Positions 26,501 to 38,680 of a DNA stretch of 64,000 nucleotides are shown here, in pieces. The DNA lies in NCBI GenBank assembly GCA_030141605.1, contig JAQGDQ010000974.1, forward strand, positions 1-64,000. Direction: 5' to 3'. The stretch is from Tubiluchus corallicola. Lineage: Eukaryota > Animalia > Priapulida. Below the pieces are notes generated by a model that saw only the letters and a program-made list of their open reading frames with translations, was not told the origin of the DNA and did not search any database. The position numbers and the translations under genes were made by a program. Positions within the stretch are counted from its first letter, which is position 1, and every line of letters begins with the position of its first letter.

Positions 26501-28337
26501 TTTTAAGAAAACTGAATTTTCTTTCAATAACCATTTACTCATTATTAAACCTTAATTATCAGTTTTACCTTTAGTGTATTGCAAACTATTTTTAAATGCC
26601 ATTTTCTAACTGCTAGTTAATTTATTGTCATTTTTTCTGCATTTATACCTGTAACTAACATTTTGCACCTCTATGGTAAATTAGATTCTTACTGTTATGT
26701 ATGTTTGGCTGAAAGCAAACAGAAATGAAAAACTATTTTATTTAAAATTAGACTTCAGTTTAATTTATTACATGCTAATAGCGATTTTATTCTAAATAAT
26801 CAGAATGTCTAAAAATTTTCCATTTCGATGCAGTTGTTTCACACATTATTTTCTCTAAGTTTTTGGTTTAACTTTAAATTTTTTATTTTAATTCATTCGT
26901 TTAAATTTTTTAAAACTACAAATACACTTCATATGTGTACGTTCATATGAATGTGTCCACGATAGGGACGTTGCCCTACCACATTTCCCGTAGGCTACTT
27001 TCCAGCTAACTTACTCTAAAAGACGTGTTCAGAGCACTGAACTAAAACTCTTTAAATTCCGACTGCCATTGCAGAATGCTTTTCCGTCTTTCTTTTTATT
27101 ATTTACTGCTATATGTCATGATTAACTTTTATATATTATATTATTAATTATTTAATTATAATTATATATTATGGTTATTTAAAAAGTTCTTTACATCGGA
27201 TTATAACTCCTGGAAGAGGAGTCAAAACGTTATAATTAAACATTTTTAAATCATCTTTATAGGCATTCATTTATTATAGTAGTAATTCTTTGGTGCAAAA
27301 TCATTCATAAAAAACAATATTTTCCCTTCGTTTTTTATCTTAGATCATATGAGTTATGTTATATAGGAATTTTTACTTTTTTTCTTAAAGTAAAACCGGA
27401 TGATTGTGTAAACACGAGTTCAGAATAAAGTATGCTCTAAAATATTGAAAACTACAATAGCTTTTTTTTAATCAAAGCTTAGATTAAATAATAATTACCT
27501 CGGATACTCAAATTTTGTTAAACTTTCAAAGCTACGCGCGGCTCAGTGAATCTACTAAGATTGGCAGCGGCGCCTTTTTGTCACATGCGCGTGGCCGACA
27601 AATAGAAGACGGTACTGTCATAACCATGATCATGAACTGCAGTGTTAGCTTCTCACGTCATATGACGTAGAACCCATTTTCGTGACATCATGCATTTACG
27701 CAGTACTGTAACACCTATGCAAACGTGCTTGAGGGATATGCCTGCCATTGCACAAACTGTGGTTAGTTTCTGACGCAAGCAATAGCTGTGTTCGGTTGCC
27801 GTTAATTAACTTTCTAAGCTAATTATGCAAATATAAGAAACAATTGTTAACTTTTATAAGTAAGAAAATGTATATTTTGGACAGTAAATTAAAATGAGAT
27901 TGAGTCTAAACAATCACCCGGTCTTCCTTTAAGCAAAGACTCATTATAGTTTTCTCTGTTTCTAGGACCTAAGAAAATTTTTATGCATATACTTAACGTA
28001 ATCATTTATGATAATGAAATTGTGCATTAATTTACACTATACTGCTTTCTTAGCAGCACTATTGAAATTGTTTCGACTCACTACATATCTGCCTGGACCT
28101 TAGATACGTTTCTCTTTTCCTTAGATGTCAGAAATGTTTGCCGGTCGTTCTTCTACAACTGCTGGTGATTCCGTAACTCCTCGGAGCTCCAGGCTAACAA
28201 ACCAACTCACTGATAAATCGTATGCAGTCAAAAAGGAGCCGAAAGCTACTACTAGAGCAAGACCTGCTCAGAAACTCTTACATGACCTTCGTTCTACCAA
28301 AAGGACTATAACCAAAGACGATTTTACCTGGGAATAA
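14506..28337 (+). CDS. CEP57: Centrosomal protein CEP57/CEP57L1 (translokin) homolog, ~500 aa
   Basis: Exons 14506-14551, 14948-15091, 15814-15917, 17030-17149, 18152-18229 and/or 19616-19687, 21613-21840, 23349-23443, 24140-24469, 25501-25648, 28125-28337, all phase-consistent. Motifs: VITALRNLQAKISYLERER and RCAVLNQQIDNMRGML (centrosome-localisation domain); HFRFHFNDLPFVAGKSTAPSHSLGGNIQ; LQKELGEMSKEQDRL...LELLLRRME (microtubule-binding domain); C-terminal LLHDLRS...DDFTWE. The start exon is the least certain part. Confidence 0.9.
15391..15693 (-). mobile_element. LINE ORF2 C-terminal/3' fragment
   Basis: RTNNKYGNNSITKQVVQLWNTWLSNLKQIKSFDEFKSKLK matches the LINE C-terminal motif YG..S......LWN.L...K...S...FK..LK. 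Confidence 0.7.
16104..16669. mobile_element. Possible piggyBac-like MITE
   Basis: TTAA|CCCTT ... AAGGG|TTAA ends. The TIR match is short. Confidence 0.4.
17199..17702. mobile_element. Tigger/pogo-like MITE
   Basis: TA|CAGTCATACCTC ... GAGGTATTATCG|TA, with TCGAAC/TCGAAA subterminal repeats. Confidence 0.6.
18536..19032. mobile_element. Tigger/pogo-like MITE
   Basis: TA|CAGCGATGCCTCGAGATACGAA ... TTCGTAAGTCGAGATTCCACTG|TA. Confidence 0.65.
20661..21336. mobile_element. hAT-like MITE
   Basis: TIR CAGGGATATTACCAAAAC / GTTTTGGTAACATCCCTG. The 8-bp flanks ACTGTAGT / ACTCCAGT match 6/8. Confidence 0.75.
22511..23042. mobile_element. hAT-like MITE
   Basis: TIR CAGGGACGAGAAT / ATTCTCATCCCTG; the TSD is not clean. 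Confidence 0.6.
25682..26296. mobile_element. piggyBac-like MITE
   Basis: TTAA|CCCTTTCACTACG ... CGTAGTGAAAGGC|TTAA (12/13 TIR match). Confidence 0.75.
27389..27928 (-). mobile_element. Kolobok-like MITE copy 3 (inverted)
   Basis: TTAA at 27385-27388 and 27929-27932; reverse-complement homolog of copy 1. Confidence 0.85.
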
Positions 28338-28983
28338 TCATTTCATATGTGGAAGCCAATGTTTATGCTTAAATCACTTTATATGTACAATCTATTTGTA
28401 CTATCTAAAAATCCAGCATGAAATTTTTTTTATAAGAAGTGTTTTATCAATGTGACGTCTTGGTTTGTGTATTTTTTAAAGCCTTTGCCTATGTGTTCAA
28501 TATTTCAAGCTTAAATTGAAGTGATTGTGTGATAGTTCAATCAATTCTTTTATTGTCTTTACTGTCGTGTAGGTGGCATGCCAAAAATCGTGCGTATCAA
28601 GTTCAATCAATTCTTCTATTGTCTTTGCTGTCGTGTAAGTGGCATGCCAAAAATTGTGCGTATCACTCAACAGTGTCATATTGTCTGGCATTTATTACAT
28701 TGTTCAAACAAAAAGTGCTTCCTTGTAAATTGCATTTCTTACGCTGTTTAGTCGTGCTAATCAAGTTCAAGTTTTAATCCCTTGAAATGTTTTATACTAG
28801 TCATGAAATGCCTGTAAATAGTACTGATAAATCTTGCTGTACTTCTTAGCATAGGTATGTTTTCTAAATTACTCTCAGTTACATGTTATTGAAATATGCT
28901 ATTTATTTAAAAAAGTTATATAATAAAGAGAATTTTACACAGTTAAACAATATGGTTGCAAGAAATGCCTCAGGACAAAAGTG

Positions 28984-31543
28984 TCAATAAATGGGGCCAT
29001 CGTCAAGATTATCTTCTTCATCATCTAAAAAGTTTTCTCCGTTGTCAAAGTACGAAGATATGTAATCTGTTCCCTCCTCCATGTCCTCTTCATCATAATC
29101 TTCGTCATCTATCTCTTCTTCCTCGCCTTCTACATTCTCATTTGTTTTCTTTTCCTCGTGCTCTTCATGGGGCGCATCCTTCACTTCTTGCTCTTCTAGT
29201 ACTTCTAATGAAGTTAATACGTCATCGACTTGTTTCTTCGAAGTTTTATCACTCAACAGTATCTTTGGTTTTATCACAGCTTTTGCCTTACGAGATTTTT
29301 TCGTCCTTATACGTAATTCTTTGGGCAAACGATTCCACATAGGGATCCACTCTCGGGAATTGTCTCCATTCCCGTTAATTTGATATTTATCGGTGTATCG
29401 TTCAATGTCCCTTTTCACATGAGACGTTTTAATGAAGTATGGAGAGTCACGCATGGTAGTTCGAAACTCTTGTTTAAGTGCTAGCATGTAGTCATAATTA
29501 TCACCAGTAGCTAATGGAACAGGTTTTCTTTCTAAAGGTGGAAATATAGGTGGAGGTTGTACGGTTGGACCAGGTAACGATTCACCTGTAAAGAAAGAAT
29601 TGACCTAAATTAAATCACCTTGATTAAACTCTGATCCTGCACCAAAATCCCGATCCCATCTGAAATAAAATTACCCATCTACATCCTAGACAACATGAAG
29701 AAAATCGTCTGGGAATGCTGCACGTAGAAAAGGGATGCATGACTGCAGTTAGCTGCCCTAGGGCGACAATACTGCTAAATTTTAAGAATCTAAAATCTTC
29801 CTACAAGGGATTTTCGTCAGGGACACCAAACTTAGGTGCCACACGCTTTAGCTATGCCATTTTTCCCGTGTTGGAAACCAGTATACGTCTCGTATGCTAA
29901 TTTTAATACAGTCTAACCTCGTTATCTCGCCACTGTCCGTCTAGGGCAAATTTTTGGCGAGAGGCGAGTATGGCGAGATAACGGGAATATAACGAAGTTA
30001 GTCTATATGTATGTACATACTGTACATAATAGTTGATTAGCATAGTGTTCCTCTATGTACATATAAAATATATTTCACATTATGATACCAATCAACATTA
30101 AATCAGAAATGAAAAAATGTCATTTTCGCTCACAGTGTTTCCGAAATCTGTCTAAAATTATGTCTGGATACGTAGCTTTTTGTGCGTCAGTTTTAGTTGC
30201 TAGCGGGCCTTGAAAAATCAGTCTGCAATATTGCTCAAACGCTTTAAAACTCGACGGTAAATCACGACAACTCCAGTCCATACAAGGTGGATTTATTCCC
30301 GATAAACCTCCCATCATTTCTTGGCACTGAGTTTCGTTGAAGTAATTATACGTAGCGTTTAAAATTATTGTAACAGACAACACAGTTCGTAGTAAGCTAT
30401 TGCGTCGCACACTGTAGAACTGTACGTAAATGCTTGCGATGTCAAGACTTCAAGGTCACTGTCTTGGAAATTCAATTGTTTTTCTTTGCGCACAGATCTG
30501 ACCGTCGGGGCTTTCGCACTACTTTAATGATGAGCGGGAACATGCCAACGTGGTCTCCTGCTGAGCGGCCGTGCGTTTACAGCTAGTATGCCTTTCTGAT
30601 ATTAAACTTCCTTGAAAACTGGTATTTCTCACAGCTTCCTGGTGTTTGGCAGTGTAAGTCCGTTTCCACTGGCTGCCACCATGTAATATTATGTACTAGA
30701 GCACAGTATTTATATGTAAATTTCCTTTTTTTTTGTTCAGGATTAAGACAAAACAGTTTTCGCTTCAGAGACATCATGTAAAGTTGCTCACACTTTGTGG
30801 GAACTCAAACTTAAACGCAGCTTTGGCGCTTTAGTTTCTCTGCGCATTAACCAAGTCTGCAGCATTGTCTACAAGCAGCATTGTCTACATACCACGGTTA
30901 TATTGATCGACACGCGGTATATGTACAGTATTAATTGATTCACCTCTGAGTCTGTTTGGCGACATAACGAATACAGTTTACATAAGCACTCATCCTAGCA
31001 TGACGTGGCGAGGGTGGCGACTTAACGAGGTAAATATCACAGCAGGAAATCCCTCCTGGTACTTTCTATGGCGAGAGACGAGTTTGGCGGCATAACGAGG
31101 GGCGAGGTTATACTGTACTTTAAATTCAACAAACTACTGTTCTTATTCCGAGTCCATCAAAAAATTCTAAATAATTTTCTGCAATCGTTCAGCTGATTAC
31201 TTTTGACAGTGGCGATAGTAGGTAAGAGTTACACGTAAATAAATGGTTAAGAACTTGTGACACACGGTAATATTCGTGTCGAGCATGAAAATAATACTAC
31301 TACTGAGTACTACTAGTAATCAATATAGCTACTAATTTTGAAATTTGTAGTTTGCATTAATTAGATAGTTAAAAAAAACCGTTGAAGTAGTCTGGCTTTT
31401 AGAGAACTCGGTGCAATATTAAACATTTGTGAATAAGGAAAAATTCGTTTTACGTAACAAAACGGTTTAAATGAAACACCTCTTCCAAATCCCAAGTTTT
31501 CGATGTTAAATGAAAAGTTGCGGCCTCGCCCTCTGCCAGCCAT
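28984..31543 (-). CDS. POLR3G: RNA polymerase III subunit RPC7/C31 (POLR3G/POLR3GL ortholog), 2 exons, 221 aa
   Basis: Exons 31543-31480 and 29585-28984 (phase 1) read MAGRGRGRNFSFNIENLGFGRGESLPGPTVQPPPIFPPLERKPVPL...YMLALKQEFR..MRDSPYFI...DIERYTDKY...WNRLPKEL, ending in the acidic tail EEGTDYISSYFDNGE. Confidence 0.95.
29909..31115. mobile_element. TA-flanked TIR element (pogo/Tc1-like, non-autonomous) in the POLR3G intron
   Basis: TA|CAGTCTAACCTCG ... CGAGGTTATACTG|TA with repeated TGGCGAG/TAACG subterminal motifs. An inverted partial copy lies at ~63230-63676. Confidence 0.8.
30160..30320 (-). pseudogene. Ty3/Gypsy gag N-terminal fragment inside the TIR element
   Basis: MMGGLSGINPPCMDWSCRDLPSSFKAFEQYCRLIFQGPLATKTDAQKATY matches the gypsy gag start P.MDW...DLP..F..F...C.L.F.GPL......K..Y. 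Confidence 0.65.
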
Positions 31544-31677
31544 ATTGCTCTAATTACGTAAGTATGAAACTGACACCACTGCACGACATAAAGCTATAAA
31601 ATTATAACTTCTAAGTTGCACATGACAAAATAATCATAAAACAGCAAACACGTGAGCCGCCATGATGGTTATACTTA

Positions 31678-32515
31678 TGTTGGGAGCCGAGTGGACCACT
31701 GCGCCAAGTAGGACACTAGAGACAGGTCGCGAATTGAGTCGTTAAGTGTACTGACACCGTCCGTTGTGCTTGTTTATGTAATAATAATAATTAAAAACGT
31801 TAGTACACGTTGAATAATTTATTATACATCTAATAAAATAAAAAAAATTATTCTGAGCTGGTAGAAGCACCGCGAGGAGGTCGAGAAGTTGGACTTGATT
31901 AGCTCAGCAAAAAATTTTTTTGATGGCTACCTTGCCTTTAAAGCGATCAGTTTATGCCCACTCATACATACACACAGTGATTGCTATTTCAGTTCAAAAT
32001 CAATTTTCGTTTTGTTTTGAAAATATCAGTTTGTTCATAGGGCAACATCGCTATAACAAACCAATATTTTTCATCCACACTGAGGATTTGGAATTAATGT
32101 TAGAAAAATTTATCAGCTGCATTTTTATAAACATGTTTATGCAATTCAAGTAGCAAAATATTGGACTGAATTAGCAATGCACTTTCACAGAATGCAATAC
32201 AAAATAAATATGACTATGGAAACAATAATAAATACGAGCAAAGTAAATAACAGGCTAAGCTACAACAATATTACAAAATAACATTTTGTTTGGGACTCAA
32301 AAAAGTTATTACTAGTAACACAATAAACCAAAACTTGACAAAAGTACATAAACACTGGAATATTCTCACTTAATATTTAAGTCTACAGCTAAACAATCAT
32401 ACATCTAACACCTACATTTATCGCTAGTGTCCTACTTGGGCTGCCCATGTAGGACACTACTTTTAGCGCATCAAGTGGTCTACTTGGCGCAGTGGTCCAC
32501 TCGGCTCCCAACACC
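31678..32515. mobile_element. MITE with 34-bp TIR between POLR3G and SAP18
   Basis: TGTTGGGAGCCGAGTGGACCACTGCGCCAAGTAG at 31678; its exact reverse complement ends at 32513. Confidence 0.85.
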
Positions 32516-33637
32516 TACTATTAAGCATATGGTAATGTAAAGTTTGCCTATAATTCGACCAAGTTCAAAATTCAATTTTGTTTTATTGAAAGCAACAATA
32601 TTAATGTATAAAAATTTTATGATCATTTCTTTATCTCCGAATTCTACCTGTCCGCCCAATGTCTGTAAAGACGTAATTGACGTATGATGATGATGACGAT
32701 AACAGTATTATCTTCATATAAATATTGTATATTGTTTTTGTTGTGTTTTGTTTCTCTCGCAAGGCTCGTAGAGAAAACCAGAAAAGACGCCGTCAAGTAA
32801 AACTAATTTATTTAGCGAGAATTCTACAGCACAAAAGTATGAAGAAACGATAAACGATTGCTGTAAATGTGAAAATCTGGAAACGTTTAAGTATATCTGA
32901 GAATGTAAGTATACAAGTATATGTCCGTGTTAGATCTGTGTGCTCTGTGTGCTTCCGTGACAGCAGCCTGCTTTGCCTTATATAGCGCACTAAAGAAACT
33001 TCCAAAAGTAATGTTCCAGAACATTCCAGATGGTAAGGCGGTCATTCTAACGGAACATTCTATGATGTTCTATGTAATTCTAGTTGATGCCAGCAATCTC
33101 CACAACAGTTTTGAACATCGAACGTTCGAGTTGTTATATATTGTTAATATCGTTATATCGTGTAAAAGAGACAAATAAATTGAATTTAATTGAATTAAAC
33201 TTATAGTTGCCTGTGTACATATTATGCATTCTAAAACAACACCTCCCATCTCTTCTACTAAGCATCCCTGAAAGTCTGCTTTTACTACAGCCCACAATGC
33301 ATTATCCTCAAATCTAGAACTGCATGCACTTGCTAATTCCTATGTAGGCTTTACATATCATGCAGCCAGACAGCCGCAATAATTTTTATGTCAACAGTTG
33401 ACCTTTCTTGGCACATTTTCGAGCTGCTTTATTGCCTTAGGAAGAGTAGATTCTCAAGGTAATCGCATTCCCAATCTAGTACAGTTTTCTTTTTTGTATT
33501 GGCTTACACCAAAGGCCTTTCTCTTTCACATCATGCCTATACATGCAGATCATTGTTGGATATTTTGACAGGCCATTGATACCTAATAGATGACAAGAAG
33601 AGAAAATAAATGGTTTTTTAAAACATCTCCACTGGTA

Positions 33638-33950
33638 GATGGGGGTCAGCATCGAACGTTCGAGTTCAAATATTTGAATCGAATTCAATTCGAGCATGAT
33701 TTTTAGTTCGAATTTGATTCGAACCTGAAACTACAGATTCGAGTAATTCAGCACTTCATTCACGTATGTTCTTTATCATTAAAATACATGAACAGCATGC
33801 AATTAACAAAATTTATGTGCAGTTTCTGTGCAAATTTTTTAACCAACTAATAGTAATTTTACTGCAGAACAAAATCAAATAATATACATGATCTTTGTAA
33901 GACTACTTTTTACTTGTGGTTAAAAATTTGTTCAAAACTTGGATTTCGAT
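33638..33950 (-). mobile_element. Partial inverted copy of the hAT-like MITE
   Basis: GGGGGTCAGCATCGAACGTTCGAG... is the reverse-complement homolog of 34190-34497. Confidence 0.7.
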
Positions 33951-34081
33951 ATGTCTGTACACGGTGTAAATAACACAGAAGAATGAAATGTTACTTATTT
34001 TACTGTGTTCTGAAAGGCATTAAGGTGGTTTTTCCTGTTAGCCAACCAGCATTAATTTTGAATCATTATGCATGTATTTAT

Positions 34082-34497
34082 TAGGGGTGAGCATTTTCTA
34101 CCAGAAAGCGAATTCGAATCGAACCGAATTTGTGACTTTCGAATTCGAACCGAACTTCAGTGTTTCGAATTCGAACCAAATTCGAATTGAGATCGAACGA
34201 TTTTCGAACTAGTTTTCGAACCACCAGTAAAAATTAGTCTTACAAAGATCATGCATATCACTAGATTTTGTTCTGCAATAAAACGACTAGTAATTTGCTT
34301 GAAGTTGTGCGCAGAAATAACAACTAAATTATGTTAATTACATGATGTTTCAATCGTTTTAATGATCAGGAACATATGTGATTGAAGTGCTGAATTATTC
34401 GAATTTATAGTTTTGGATTCGAATCGAGTTCGAACTAAAAAAACTCGTTCGAGTTCGATTCGAATGTTCGAACTCGAACGTTCGATGCTCACCCCTA
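34082..34497 (+). mobile_element. hAT-like MITE with TTCGAA subterminal repeats
   Basis: TIR TAGGGGTGAGCAT / ATGCTCACCCCTA; 8-bp TSD GTATTTAT / GTATTTGT. Confidence 0.85.
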
Positions 34498-34928
34498 GTA
34501 TTTGTTACTAATGCATATGTGATTGTAATGCTTTTTCAAATAAAATATTGCTTAAACTGACACTGTAGAATTGGAATAAATAACATTAAATAAAGTGAAA
34601 CAGAATATAAGACAGAAATCACAGAATATTTTACAGAATAGGTCGTAGCAAAAAGGCGAATTGCAATACTGTGATTATTTTATGCAATGATTTCCCGTAA
34701 CACCTAAGGTAACAAAGCCGACGCAAAATGCAAAAGAAAGTTTAAGAAACTGTATTAATAGGGATAATCACTGTATACAACTTAAAGGGATAATCACTTG
34801 TTTTCAATTCCCAGTTTTTGAATGATATTTTGCTTTTTAGAACGTTGTTGTTCAAGGGTTTTGTTAGGTTTATATTTTAATTTCCACACGGCTGCTGCTT
34901 GCTGTTAATCTGTAATTTGCACAGCACC

Positions 34929-37900
34929 ATGGAATCTATGATAGTTGAAGAAAAGGTGCCTGAACCTGTTGCCATCGATAGGGAAAAGGTAATGTACTAA
35001 GTTTATATTTATTACTTCAGCATAATTACAGAAATATGATGAAATCGATGCTTAGTGAAGCGAGGTCGGTGCCTAGTGGCTAGTTCAAATACTAACTTGG
35101 GCTCTCGCAGTGCCAGTACTCATACAGTTATATTTCAGGAAGTAGACTTCTTTACAACAATTTCAAATAAAATTGTTGAGATTTGTGTGATATAGTTTTT
35201 AGTACTTTGCACGAAACCTTATGAGTTATGGCATGGGGCGAATAAGAATCTTTCTTATCTAAAATCTGCTCAAGGTACTCTGTCAGTATGCGTAATTCTT
35301 TCTAACAATTATTTTAGCTGCAGCCTGTGAACAAAACCATTTCAACCTACTGCAAGTGGTCGAATCATTTATTGAATTATTAACGGGTTAGAGCAATGAT
35401 TTGCACTACGCTTAAACTAGAACTAAAATTGTGAATTGGGAGAGAGATTGAAATATTTCAACTCTAATTTTTTATTTAGGATGACTGATAGTTATATTTG
35501 GGGTCGTGCACGTGGATCCCGACTACTTCAACGAAAATCCTAACCTTGAGCCCATTTAGCATCCAGAATCTCGAACACCCCTACCTAGGCTCAGTAGGCT
35601 GCCTTTTTGTTGTTTTAGCATTTGGCATTCGTTGTGGCAAATATGAATCTTATTTTGCACACAGTTTCTTTAAATTCTGTGCATCTTCAATGATATTTGA
35701 ATGAGGGATTAATAATCTGATGTCGTTATTTTATAAGCAGGAAAATTGGCAGTTAACCTACTAGTGCTATTAACTCGTTTTTGTTTCAGACATGCCCCCT
35801 ACTGTTGAGGGTTTTCTGTAACACAGGTCGTCATCATCCACTCAGCGAATACGTGCGGGGAAACGTGCCTTCAAATGAGTTGCAAATCTACACGTGGTTA
35901 GTATTTAATGAGTGTGGATGGTGTTTCAATAAATGTTTTATTTCTAATTTTGTTACTATGCATTCCCACTGGTTTACGCAGTAGCAACAACAGGTCTTGT
36001 CCAGTTTGTCTGTGCCACACTTTTTCATTACTGTTGCCATAGTTACCGAATTGACTGTCGTGTTATGAACCATCTAGTGCTTTCATTCGCTTTGTTCTAC
36101 AAAGCCACTTGGAACTCTAAAGCCTGGTGCTTTTGATTCAATATGTAGAGGAGTTCGGATGCTAGACTACGTCTAAATGAATTATAGCTTTTGGAATGCC
36201 TTACCCTTGGCATGGACAAATATTTACAAGTCACTTTTTGTTAAACATGTTTTTTGTCGTTACTTATGTGTGCATGTATGTGCGTGTGTGTGTGTGCATG
36301 CGTGCGCGCATGTGTGTGCATGTGCGTGTGTGTGTGCGCATGTGTGTTAATCATGTGTGCTTGTATTGCTTTCAGTTTCTTTGTCAGAGCAATAATGCTT
36401 GCTGCGATTCCTGTTCTGACGTCACCTGTTCATTTCTTAACATTTAATAAACATTTAGTTTTTCCTCTCCTTCTTACAAATGTTGCAAATGATCATTACA
36501 CCAGTGGCGGCTTGTAGCTAAAATTAGTGGGGATGCTGCTTCACAAAGCCATTGTTTTAACACTGTGTGAAACGAAACAAGCATATGTAACTTTAATGTT
36601 GTAATTTGTAATTGTAATTTTAAACAAACAATCATATGAAAGCTTATGTATAAGCTTGATAAAATCCTAACCAAAAAAATATTTTTTGCTTACTAATAGC
36701 CTAAATTGTCGCAGTTAAAGTTTGGATCCATTCACAGTAAGCATGTGTCAACAAACTGACAGCAAACTGTGTGAGCGACAGTACTTTCTCTACCTGGGCC
36801 AGACATGTGCGCATGGCCACATGCACACAACAGCCAAACACCGCGTTGCTGGGCTGTCAAGCAAACAGTACTACCCTCACGTGCTCTGGACCTTACAAGT
36901 ATAAAGAAAGAACTAAAGAAAAAAGACTTATTCTATGGAATATTTTCCATAATGCCAAGTGAAAATGCTGCAGTTCCGCAGTACCTATACAAGAGCCACC
37001 ACTACATTACACTAAGTGACTATTGTTTTATTGGGATCTAATAATCAACTTGCGTACTGTAGGTTGGACGCAACATTGAAGGAGCTGACAAGTTTGGTCA
37101 AAGAAGTAAACCCAGAAGCTCGACGCAAAGGCACATTCTTTGACTTTGCTATAGCTTATCCTGACCCACGGCGACCTGGATATAGGTAAGATCAAAATAT
37201 TGATGTGCAAGCTTTCTTAGTTAAAATAATCAGGATTATTTTTTAAATTAAATTTAAATTCCAGCTAAGAAGTAATTCACTACAGTCTAATGTTCACTTT
37301 GATATTTTAGCTCCTGTGAGGGTAGCTATACAGGGATGTTGAACAATTGTTGTACAATTCTATATAATATGGTTCTTATGAATGATCCAGTAGTCGCCGC
37401 CTAATAGACTCACTTTGGTACCTACGTGTTTTGACCCAATTAACCGACTGAATCTATTAACCAATGGGTGTAGTATGCAAGTTTAGAAGTATGAGTCATA
37501 AGCTTACTATGCACTACAAAGGTTTTTAATGAATTTTAGAAACAAAGTAATGCCTAAGTTCCTTTGTGCAGCTAAAAATTAGAAAAGACATTTTAAAATA
37601 TTATTTTATATAAGTGAATTAGCAATAAATTAAAAAGTGTACTTTTCAAAATCACAGACTTTTCTAAAATTACAAAAATTCTTTCAAAGTTCTCATAATT
37701 ATAAAAACGTTGAAAATCTGTTGTTGTGTGTGACTAAAACAGTTCTGAATCACATTGCTCTTATTTGCTACACGATGTTTACTCTTGTAAGTCACAAGGA
37801 ATACCGGCTGATTACTGTACCTGAATCTTTGACTGTTAATTCATTAAGCCTGAAAGCGTGATTTGCAACGAGAGCATCAAAAGGAGACCGCTAGGCAAGT

Positions 37901-38285
37901 GATTAAATGTTTAGCTTCCTTTGGGTAACAGTGGGCTAGCCGGTAACACATTCAGAGCAAAATCGCTACTCTAGCATATTAGCGGATGATAAACGTACCT
38001 GCTTACAAACAAACGGCATGATTGTTTCTGCATACATAGTGCACAAAAGGGAAGTAAAGATGACAACATAAAAGTAGGAAAGGCTCTTTTGGCACATACA
38101 AATATCTTATTTTAAATATGTGAAGGAAAATCATTGAGTCAATTATGCGGAGTTATTTGAGTCAATTACCGATAGTTTTTATGTATATTTGAATAGAAGC
38201 GGCCTGTTCCAAGTGCTTTTGAGTCAATTAGGCGATTGAGTCTATTAACTGTGAGTCTGTTAAGCGGCACCTACTGTATATATAG

Positions 38286-38318
<33 letters not shown>

Positions 38319-38680
38319 GATTTATAATGTCAGTTTAGAATTTCTACTTCATTCAAAACTGTTTTTATTGCTTATTCAGTCTGAGAATATTTTTCAAGCT
38401 AAAACCAGCTTGTACTTGTCCTGGTGAAAGTTTGCAGCAGATATCCTAGAAACCCCTTCAAAAACCAGGTCAAATACTGACATAAACAGTTTAACTAATT
38501 GCTGATCTTAGGTTAAAAGAAATAGGAAGCACTTGTGCAGGACAGAAGGGTACAGAGGATTCCGTGACACTGGCTTCTCAACGATTCCAAATCGGCGATT
38601 ATCTCAGCATAGCTATTACACCGCCCTCTATGGCAAGAGGTGTACCACCGGGACCACCGAGGCGTATGCGACCTTTTTAA
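34929..38680 (+). CDS. SAP18: Sin3/HDAC- and ASAP-complex subunit SAP18, 4 coding exons, 152 aa
   Basis: Exons 34929-34988, 35790-35896, 37063-37185 and 38512-38680 read IDREKTCPLLLRVF..GRHH...GNVPSNELQIYTWLDATLKELTSLVKEVNPEARRKGT..LKEIGSTCAGQKG...RFQIGDYLSIAITPP...RRMRPF. Confidence 0.97.
37388..38276. mobile_element. pogo/Tigger-like MITE in SAP18 intron 3
   Basis: CAGTAGTCGCCGCCTAATAGACTCAC ... GTGAGTCTGTTAAGCGGCACCTACTG|TA imperfect TIR. Confidence 0.7.

Noticed and set aside
27205-27235. Penelope-type hammerhead ribozyme (CCTGGAAGAGGAGTCAAAAC)
   Set aside because: The catalytic core CUGANGA/GAAA is not intact and the stems cannot be built.
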